Positions 56,127 through 64,000 of a DNA stretch of 64,000 nucleotides are shown piece by piece. The first letter of the stretch is position 1, and every line of letters begins with the position of its first letter. The stretch is from assembly GCA_964291215.2 (NCBI GenBank), contig OZ219791.1, positions 2,016,001 to 2,080,000 on the forward strand, written 5' to 3'. Below the pieces are notes generated by a model, which was not told the DNA's origin, did no database searches, and saw only the letters and a list, made by a program, of their open reading frames with translations. Position numbers and translations under genes: made by a program. This stretch comes from Alphaproteobacteria bacterium (lineage in GTDB: Bacteria > Pseudomonadota > Alphaproteobacteria > MPNO01 > UBA830).

Positions 56127-57405
56127 GACCGGGAGACCGTCCTTATATGACCAGGTTTTGTCCCCTTGATGATGAAATCATCCACAGCAGTTGGGGGCGG
56201 GAAAATGTGGATAACCTCGACTATGGGAGAGCTATGGTTGCAGAGAGATTCCGCTCCCCTGTGTGAGAACGTACAGGGGATCAAACGATCTTCGCGGAGG
56301 TTGCCGTTCCGTCCTTGGCTTTATAGAGCCGTTCCCGAGCGTGGCAACCTCCTTTGGCGTCCCTTGCGTCCTGAATGGATGCTTGGGTTTGAACCGTATC
56401 ATCATAAGGCGAGGAACGATGGTCAAGGTAGTAGCAGGGGTCAGCCAGTCTGGACATCTGGGGCGTCGTTTTACGAACGACGCCACGGGCACGTGGCTTC
56501 GCAGCCTCGAGGTAACCCGTGTGGTGGGCGACAGGTCGCTATCACCGCAAGGAGTGTCTTCATGACCGGGGCTTCGAGGTTGTCCTGCCCGTTGAGGGCT
56601 TCGCCGAGGCTTTGGGCCAACCGCGTTGACGCCAAGATCGGCACGGTGCGATCTCGAGCCTGTGGCCCCTCAGGAAGCCTTCCTCAACTGCCTGGGGGAT
56701 CTCCTGGTGCCGCGCTTGTCGACGTGCGCACCAAGCTGAGGCAAGTGGCAGATGAGGTGGATGGCGAGACCGTCACAAGGGCTTCGGCGGCCGATCTCGA
56801 TGATTGCCAAGCTGGATGCAGTGATCAAAGCGGTGATCCCGAGCAGAGGTACCCTGACCTCGATCCAGTGACCGCCGCAGCCCTTCTTTGTTGGATGCCC
56901 GAACTCGGCAGCGTCGGCAGCCTTGATCGGGGTGGCGCCGATGGCCACGGTACTCGGCATATCCGAGGCGGGCGCCGGAGGCCACGTGATCTCCTGTTCA
57001 TGGCCGCGACCTCGGCAGCACGCTTCAACGCGGATCTGGTGCGCCACAAGGCCCACAAAGTCGCCATTGTCGCCGTGATGCGCAAGCTCTGGCGAACACC
57101 TTGCTGCGACAGCAGCGTTGCTGGTCGACCGAAGCACCGGTGAGTGAGCGAAGGAGACACGGCCCTGCCGAGAGCGCGATCGGGACTGTATCGACAGTCT
57201 CCCTCTACGACACGACTTGGGGAGAATGTCTGCAGATCATCGTCGAGGCCGACATCGAGGAGACGCCGTGCGGCTTGTGGACGGGACACCTGGAACCCGG
57301 ACGGTCACGTGCCCGGGGACGGCAAGGTAGCCGCGTTCACGTGACCAATGGACGGCAACCCGCCGCCGGGACCACAAGCTTCATGTCGCCTCGCTCGCAG
57401 GGCAA
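56127..57405 (+). mobile_element. Degenerate IS110-family element with long non-coding flanks
   Basis: TAAALLCWMPELG, HIRGGR...R..LFMAA.SAARFN, HKVAIVAVMRKL; boundaries approximate. Confidence 0.72.
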
Positions 57406-58209
57406 ATCCCACACCGCTTGTGGACAACCACAGAAAACATCACCGCAGACACCCGCAAAAATCTTGCCAAGAAACATGGATGCTCGGGACATGGATATCG
57501 AGGCCACCTTCCGTTCATTGAAATCCGAGCCCGGATTGCGCCCGGCCAGCGCATCGCCGCCCACCTGTTGATCGCCGTGCTTGCCGCGGTGCATCTAATC
57601 CCCGCGCGGGGCATCGACAAGTGCTGGACATCAATCCGCGAGAGCATGCGGAACCAGGGTCACCACGCACCTGCGCCAGGCGCGTTGATTGTCAACCGAC
57701 AGGACACGCACCGCCGAGGTTGCCGAAATCTCCTCGGCGGCTGGTGTCGAACCCGCCGCACGAGGAGCCGCCTTACAAGCTGACAGAATTCAACAGGATG
57801 TAGTGCCATGTTGAAATCGGCCGACAAAAAAAATCACGCAACGTGATAAAAATTCCAGGCCGCAAAAAGTGCCAACTTGGGACAAGGCCCCGCTGACTGC
57901 ACCTCTCGCCCCGACAGAAACCGCAACCATCCGGGCGCGGCAACCAAACCCGGCAGGGCTCTCGCTCGCCCCGGACACGCCGAAGCCGACCAATCGCGCC
58001 CCGCTTGGTGCTGCAACAGGGCATCAGACGTCAGCAAATCTCAAAATCGCAGACTCGAACGCGTCGACCCGCGCCGCGATCAAGACTCCGATCACATCAA
58101 CAAGCACGGGATCATCGTGCGATGCTTTTTCAGCCGCGTTGTGCAATACAGCGCGAGAGGCTAGGATCACTGATCCGTTTCTGGACCAGTAATTACAGGG
58201 AGAGAAGAC

Positions 58210-59196
58210 ATGAAGACAGTACTTACGGCCGGCGTTGCCGCCGGAGCGTTGCTGGCTGCATCAGTGACGGGGGCCGCTGCAACCAACATCAAGCTACTCA
58301 CGAGCTGGAACAAGGACAACTGGCCGACCTACGCCGTGCTCGATCAATTCGTCAAGAATGTCGGGGCAATCGGCGGCGGCAAGGTCAAGATCGTGATTTC
58401 CGGCAAGGAGGTTGTGCCGCCCTTCGAGCAGCTTCAGCCGGTATCGTCGGGCGTGTTCGACATGCTGTTTTCGCACGGCATCTACCATTCGGGCAGCAAG
58501 GGACTGGCGTTCACGTTCGATGCCATCGATCCCAAGCCCGCCGAGCGCCGCGCCTCGGGGTTGATCGATTTCATCGACAAGTACTATCAGAAGCACAACA
58601 ACCTGAAGGTCATCGGCATTGTGGCGGCCAGCAACCAAGGCTATCACCTCTTCGCCAAGGAACCGCTGTCGGCGGCGGGTGATCTCAAGGGACGCAAGAT
58701 CCGCGGCACGCTCAGCTATCACGGCGTCATCCGGCTCCTCGGCGCGTCTCCGGTGGTGCTCCCGGGCGGGCAGATCTATACCTCGCTCGAGAAGGGGGTC
58801 ATCGACGGCGCCGCATGGCCGGCTGCCGGCATGCTCTCGATGAAACATTACGAGGTCGCCAAGTACAAGCTGCGCCCGACCTTCGGTTCGAGCAATCTCG
58901 GTTTCTGGGTCAATCTTGACAAGTGGAACAAGCTGTCCGAGGCTGACCGCAAGATTCTCGTTGATGCGGCCAAGAAAACTGAGGTCGAGATGCCGGCGAT
59001 CGGCGACAAAATTCTCGCCGAGGAATCGGCTGCGCTCGAAAAGCATGGCGTCAAGGTGACCCAGATGTCCCCGGATATGGCCAAGAAGGTCAAGGCGACG
59101 TTCGCGGCAAGCATGTGGGAGATCGCCAAGAAATGCTGCGCTGATGGCGGTGACGACCTGCGCCAGCTCGCCAAGAAGGCCGGGCTGACCAACTGA
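58210..59196 (+). CDS. dctP: TRAP transporter substrate-binding protein
   Basis: Signal peptide, DLKGRKIR, YTSLEKGVIDG, NLDKWNKL. Confidence 0.92.
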   Translation: MKTVLTAGVAAGALLAASVTGAAATNIKLLTSWNKDNWPTYAVLDQFVKNVGAIGGGKVKIVISGKEVVPPFEQLQPVSSGVFDMLFSHGIYHSGSKGLAFTFDAIDPKPAERRASGLIDFIDKYYQKHNNLKVIGIVAASNQGYHLFAKEPLSAAGDLKGRKIRGTLSYHGVIRLLGASPVVLPGGQIYTSLEKGVIDGAAWPAAGMLSMKHYEVAKYKLRPTFGSSNLGFWVNLDKWNKLSEADRKILVDAAKKTEVEMPAIGDKILAEESAALEKHGVKVTQMSPDMAKKVKATFAASMWEIAKKCCADGGDDLRQLAKKAGLTN

Positions 59197-59230
59197 TTGC
59201 CGCGGAAATCGCAGGATCGCGAGGCGGGCC

Positions 59231-59740
59231 GTGTTCAGGCCGATATTCTGGGTTCACGACCGGCTGACAGACGTGAGCTTCGAGCTGGGCAAGATCTGCC
59301 TCGCGATCATCCTCTTTTCTTACTGCTTCGAGGTCGCTGCGCGCTATTTCTTCAACGCGCCGACCTGGTGGGCCGATGAGGCGGTTTCCTATTCGCTCTG
59401 TATCGGCTGCTTTCTCGTGATGCCGGGAGTAACCCGCGACAAGGGACATGTCGCGGTGACGTTTCTCGTGGACATGCTGGCGCCTGCGAAGGCGAAGCCC
59501 GCCTACTGGGTGATCTACCTCCTGTGCTTCTTCGCCTGCGTGCTCGGCTTCTGGATCAATCTTGACGAGAACATCCGTCAGATCGTCAAGGATGTTCACC
59601 TGATGAAGGTCAAGCCGATTCCCAAATACTGGATCTCCGTCTTCATTACCTACGGGTTCGGGATGTCGGCGCTCCACTTCCTGCGCATGCTCGACTACCG
59701 GACGATCAAGGTCGGCCACGGCCGCGAGGAGCAGTACTGA
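59231..59740 (+). CDS. dctQ: TRAP small permease
   Basis: EVAARYFFNAP.WWADE, HVAV, four TM segments. Confidence 0.9.
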   Translation: MFRPIFWVHDRLTDVSFELGKICLAIILFSYCFEVAARYFFNAPTWWADEAVSYSLCIGCFLVMPGVTRDKGHVAVTFLVDMLAPAKAKPAYWVIYLLCFFACVLGFWINLDENIRQIVKDVHLMKVKPIPKYWISVFITYGFGMSALHFLRMLDYRTIKVGHGREEQY

Positions 59741-59742
59741 CC

Positions 59743-61053
59743 ATGGAATGGTGGGCAATCCTCGCAGCCGGTCTGACGCTGCTGTTGGCGGTGTTCATGA
59801 CAGGGGTGCCGATTTTCGTTGCATTCCTCCTCATCAACATCACCGGCGTTCTCCTCATCCTCGGCCAGCCCGGTTTCGGTCTCGTTGCCAATTCGATCTT
59901 CGAGACCACCAATATCGCGGCGCTGTCGGCCATTCCCCTTTTCATCCTGATGGGCGAACTCCTGTTCCGGTCGGGTTCGATCGACATCCTCTTCGATGCC
60001 GTCGACAAGCTCGTCGGGCGGGTGCGGGGACGGCAGTACGTCCTGTGCATCACCCTGTCTACGATCTTCGGCGCGCTGTCCGGCGCGGCGATGGGCGTGG
60101 CGGCGATGATGGCGCGGACGCTTTTTCCCGGGATGCTTGATCGCGGCTACGATCCCAAGCTCTCCACCGGCGCCATACTCGCGGGGGCGTCGCTCGCGCC
60201 GATCATTCCGCCGAGCGTGCTGGTCATCATCATCGGCACGCTTGCCAACGTATCGATCGCCGGCCTCCTGATCGCCGGAATCCTGCCCGGGCTGATGCTT
60301 GCCGGGCTGTTCTTCATCTACACCCTGGGGCGCGTGCGCCTGAACCCGGTGCTTGCCAACGAGGATGTCCAGGCTTCGTCAGTTGATGTCAGCGTCGGCG
60401 AGAAGATCCGCGCCATTCTCAGGGTGCTGCCGTTCGTCCTGATCATCTTCTGCGTCATGGGCTTCATCCTGCTCGGTGTGGCGACACCCTCTGAATCAGC
60501 GGCCACCGGCGTGGCGGGCGCCATCCTCACTGCGGCCTACTACCGCAAGCTGAACTGGAAGATGTTCTCGGAGTCGCTGGCCTCCGCAGCCTTCATCACC
60601 AGCATGATCCTGGTGATCATGGCAAGTTCCAAGATGTTCAGCCAGTTGCTGGCGTTCACGGGATCCACAAGGGCGCTTACCGAGGTCGTCGTCGGGCTCG
60701 ATTTTCCGGCCTACCTGATGCTCTTCATCATGATGCTCATCCCCTTCATCCTGTGCATGTTCATCGACCAGATCGCACTGATGCTTGTCGTCATTCCGAT
60801 CTATCAGCCCCTGATCAAGACCCTTGAATTCGATCCGATCTGGTTCTGGCTCCTGATGCTGCTCAACGTCACTGTCGGAGGCATCACCCCCCCGTTTGGC
60901 TACACGATCTTCGCGTTCAAGGGGGCTACGGACAGGGTGAATCTGCAACAGGTGTTCAGTGCTACCTGGCCGTTCGTGCTCATATTCCTGGTAGGCATGG
61001 TCCTGATCGCGATGTTCCCGCCGATCGCCACGGTGCTGCCTCGCCTTCTGTGA
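59743..61053 (+). CDS. dctM: TRAP large permease
   Basis: AIPLFILMGE, IIPPS, TPSESAA, ITPPFG. Confidence 0.95.
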   Translation: MEWWAILAAGLTLLLAVFMTGVPIFVAFLLINITGVLLILGQPGFGLVANSIFETTNIAALSAIPLFILMGELLFRSGSIDILFDAVDKLVGRVRGRQYVLCITLSTIFGALSGAAMGVAAMMARTLFPGMLDRGYDPKLSTGAILAGASLAPIIPPSVLVIIIGTLANVSIAGLLIAGILPGLMLAGLFFIYTLGRVRLNPVLANEDVQASSVDVSVGEKIRAILRVLPFVLIIFCVMGFILLGVATPSESAATGVAGAILTAAYYRKLNWKMFSESLASAAFITSMILVIMASSKMFSQLLAFTGSTRALTEVVVGLDFPAYLMLFIMMLIPFILCMFIDQIALMLVVIPIYQPLIKTLEFDPIWFWLLMLLNVTVGGITPPFGYTIFAFKGATDRVNLQQVFSATWPFVLIFLVGMVLIAMFPPIATVLPRLL

Positions 61054-61134
61054 CGGACGGTGGCGGTCGGAATTTCAGTTTCCGCCGGTTTTCGATTACA
61101 ATCGCGCCGGGATCATCAGGCTGGCCAGGGAAAC

Positions 61135-62376
61135 ATGGAACTCCCCACCGGAAACGAGCGCTATTTCCGCATGAGTGTCGAGGAGTTTGACACCGAAAAG
61201 CTCCTGCGTAACGCCGCCCGGCAACGCAACCAGCGCGGTTTCGACGATGTGCTGATCATCGATGTCGACGCCCATCACTACGAAACCGAATCGATGGGAG
61301 AGATCGTCGACTACATCGAGGATCCGGTGATGCGCCAGCTTGCGCGGTCGGCCCAGCAGATCGCCCATCGCGGTTCCATGTTCTCGCTCGGGCGCGTCGG
61401 CTATCAGGACATGGGCGGGCGGGTCACCCGCTATCCGCTGCGCAGGCTTGAGAAGACTCCCGACGACGGCGTGCATCGCGATGTCCATCTGACGAACCGG
61501 TGGATGGATGCGATGGGGGTCGATTTCGCCTGCGTCTTTCCGACGCCGATGCTGGGACTTGCGATGCATCCGCAGGCCGATGTCGAGGTCGTGCTGGCGC
61601 GCGCCTACAACCGGTGGCTGGTGGAACGGATCCTGCCGGGTTCGCCGCGCATGAAGTCCATGCTCTACCTCCCGTTCAACGATCCTGAGGCGGCGCTCCG
61701 GATTGTGGAGGATTTCGGCGATGCGGACGGCGTGATTGGCTTCATGGTTACGTCGGTACGGCATCGCCCGGTTCATCACAACGACTACATGAAGGTCTAT
61801 GCGGCGATCGAAAGGCGGGGGCTGCCGATCGGTTTCCATTCCGGATTTAACTGGGACGATCCCATGTTCCGGACCTGCAACCGTTTCCTCGCCGTCCATG
61901 CGCTGGGCTTCACCTGGTACAATGTCGTCCACTGCACCAACTGGGTGCTGAACGGCATGAACGAACGTTTCCCGGGGCTTCCGGTGATCTGGATCGAGTC
62001 GGGTATCTCCTGGGTGCCGTTTCTCGCGCAGCGTCTCGACACGCTCTACCGGATGCGGTCTTCGGAATGTCCGAATCTGCGCAAGCTGCCGAGTGACTAC
62101 ATCCGCGACATGTATTACAGCACCCAGCCCATGGAGATGCCCGATGACATGGAAATGCTGGAAGCCACGTTCCGCTGCATCAACGCCGAAACGCAGCTTC
62201 TCTGGGCGTCGGACTATCCCCACTGGGATATGGACCTGCCCAGTGTGATCTGGGATCTACCCTTCATCGACGAGGACGCCAAGCGCAACATTCTCGGCAG
62301 GACAGCGCAGAAGCTGTTCCGGCTCGATGTCGGCGAGGGGGTTCCCGGACGCGCGATGGCGACGGCGGCCGAATAG
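61135..62376 (+). CDS. Amidohydrolase_2 family metalloenzyme
   Basis: DVDAHHYE, AYNRW, GFHS, ESG.SW, WASDYPHWD. Confidence 0.9.
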   Translation: MELPTGNERYFRMSVEEFDTEKLLRNAARQRNQRGFDDVLIIDVDAHHYETESMGEIVDYIEDPVMRQLARSAQQIAHRGSMFSLGRVGYQDMGGRVTRYPLRRLEKTPDDGVHRDVHLTNRWMDAMGVDFACVFPTPMLGLAMHPQADVEVVLARAYNRWLVERILPGSPRMKSMLYLPFNDPEAALRIVEDFGDADGVIGFMVTSVRHRPVHHNDYMKVYAAIERRGLPIGFHSGFNWDDPMFRTCNRFLAVHALGFTWYNVVHCTNWVLNGMNERFPGLPVIWIESGISWVPFLAQRLDTLYRMRSSECPNLRKLPSDYIRDMYYSTQPMEMPDDMEMLEATFRCINAETQLLWASDYPHWDMDLPSVIWDLPFIDEDAKRNILGRTAQKLFRLDVGEGVPGRAMATAAE

Positions 62377-62504
62377 CGGGATCGCAGCCTCTTCATGGAC
62401 GTTCCACCCGGGTGATTGCGGCCCGGCGTTCGCCGGCCGCGCGGCCGAACACGGACATGGTCGAGAGGAGCAGCCGGGACGAACGGGTCTGACGGGAGTA
62501 ATTC

Positions 62505-64000
62505 ATGGAATTCGACATGCTGGCCAATGCCATTCAGGCGGCCCAGAATATGGCCAGCTTGGAACGGCTGGGTTTTCTTGCATTCGGAGTGCTTATCGGC
62601 CTCGTGCTGGGCGTGATTCCCGGCCTCGGCGGCCTCGTCGGCCTGTCGCTTCTGCTGCCCTTCACCTTCAACATGGACCCCTACACCGCGCTTGCCTTCA
62701 TGATGGGGCTGCAGGCGGTGGTGGTGACGTCCGACACCATACCGGCGGTGCTGTTCGGCGTGCCGGGGACGGTCGGGTCGGCAGCGACGATTCTCGACGG
62801 CTACCCCATGGCGCGCAAGGGCGAGGCGGGCCGCGCCTTCGGGGCGGCGTTTTCCGCATCCGTCATCGGTGGCCTCTTCGGTGCGTTCTTGCTCGCGATA
62901 AGCGTGCCCGTGCTGAGGCCGATCGTCCTGGCCATCGGCTCCCCGGAACTGCTCGCGATCTGCGTTTTCGGGCTGTCGCTCGTCGCCGTGCTGTCCGGCG
63001 GTTCGCCGCTCAAGGGGCTCGCCGGCGCCTGCGTAGGCCTGATGGTCGCCACGGCGGGGGATGATCCGCAAACCGGCACCCTCAGATGGACATTCGATTC
63101 GCTCTATCTCTGGGACGGACTACCGGTGGTGCCGCTGGCCCTCGGTCTGTTCGCCATTCCCGAGCTCGCCGACATGGCGATCACCAAGCAGTCGATCGCC
63201 GTCGACGGCAAGACGCAGGATGCCCGCTTCGGACAGATGCGGGGAATTCGGGACACGCTGCGCAACTGGTTCCTGGTGCTCCGTTGTTCGTCCATCGGCT
63301 CCTCGCTTGGCGCGGTCCCCGGCATCGGCGCCTCGGTGATCGACTGGATCGCCTATGGCCACGCGGCGCGCTCGGAGAAGGGGGCGGCGGAGAACTTCGG
63401 CAAGGGCGATGTGCGCGGCGTCATCGCGTCCGAATCCTCCAACAACGCCAAGGAAGGCGGCGCGCTTGTGCCGACGATCGCCTTCGGCGTTCCGGGCTCG
63501 GCTTCGATGGCGCTCATTCTCGGCGCCTTCCTCATCCATGGCCTCGTGCCCGGCCCCGACATGCTGACCAAGAACCTCGACGTGACCTACACGCTGGTCT
63601 GGTCAGTGGCGATCGCCAACATCATCGGCGCCGGAATATGCTTCGCCTTCGCCAATCAGCTCGCGAAGGTGGCTCTGGTGCGCATCGGGATTCTTGCTCC
63701 GGTTGTGCTTGCGATCACCTATGTTGGCGCCTTCCAGGGATCCCGGCAATGGGGTGACATCTACGCGCTCCTCCTCTTCGGCCTGCTCGGATGGGTGATG
63801 AAGCGCTTGCGCTGGCCGCGCCCGCCGCTGATCCTCGGATTCGTGCTCGGCGCCCTTATCGAACGCTATATGTTCATTTCGATCGAGCGCTATGGCGCGG
63901 AATGGCTCTGGATATGGCGCGACATGGGCAATGGCGACGTGATTTTCACACCCTATGTGCCGATCATATTCGCGGTCACGCTGTACGGCGTCCTGATGCC
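62505..64000 (+). CDS. tctA: Tripartite tricarboxylate transporter TctA-family permease, runs off the window
   Basis: GVIPGLGG, VPGT..SAATILDGYPMA, ESSNNAKEGG, AFGVPGS, GLVPGP. Confidence 0.92.
   Translation, partial: MEFDMLANAIQAAQNMASLERLGFLAFGVLIGLVLGVIPGLGGLVGLSLLLPFTFNMDPYTALAFMMGLQAVVVTSDTIPAVLFGVPGTVGSAATILDGYPMARKGEAGRAFGAAFSASVIGGLFGAFLLAISVPVLRPIVLAIGSPELLAICVFGLSLVAVLSGGSPLKGLAGACVGLMVATAGDDPQTGTLRWTFDSLYLWDGLPVVPLALGLFAIPELADMAITKQSIAVDGKTQDARFGQMRGIRDTLRNWFLVLRCSSIGSSLGAVPGIGASVIDWIAYGHAARSEKGAAENFGKGDVRGVIASESSNNAKEGGALVPTIAFGVPGSASMALILGAFLIHGLVPGPDMLTKNLDVTYTLVWSVAIANIIGAGICFAFANQLAKVALVRIGILAPVVLAITYVGAFQGSRQWGDIYALLLFGLLGWVMKRLRWPRPPLILGFVLGALIERYMFISIERYGAEWLWIWRDMGNGDVIFTPYVPIIFAVTLYGVLM

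Larger units (their letters stand above)
53572..57881 (+). mobile_element. Degenerate IS1634-family element with nested IS66 and IS110
   Basis: FYDLTN (split by IS66), FGRSKQKRNDCP, VMDAG..EANIAW, DIEATFRSLKSE.GLRP, AHLLIAVLA; right end GTGCCAACTTGGG; left end missing. Confidence 0.8.

Overview
GC-rich bacterial window, most likely an alphaproteobacterium (inferred from the glcDEF, gatCAB-ruvX, xdhAB-guaD, TRAP/TTT genes and a Parvibaculum-type Cas9 locus). Two intact housekeeping blocks (about 17.0-38.1 kb and 58.2-64 kb) alternate with insertion-sequence graveyards (0.9-16.5 kb, 38.5-47.6 kb, 53.6-57.9 kb). The accessory regions hold a complete type II-C CRISPR-Cas9 system (tracrRNA, cas9, cas1, cas2, 16 spacers), a candidate defence island (VapBC, type ISP-like RM stub, a DEDDh-BRCT plus DEDDh-TM exonuclease pair, an ApeA-like HEPN protein), a CueR-regulated DUF4396 module and a TbpB-like lipoprotein with a truncated Slam. 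Mobile elements include nested IS66, IS256, IS4/DUF4338, IS630, IS30, IS110 and IS1634 copies, two MITE families and a group II intron. The most striking pattern is that nearly all mobile elements are eroded by dense microhomology-flanked small deletions, while several keep intact ends and target-site duplications. Family calls come from motif recognition by eye; no database search was run.
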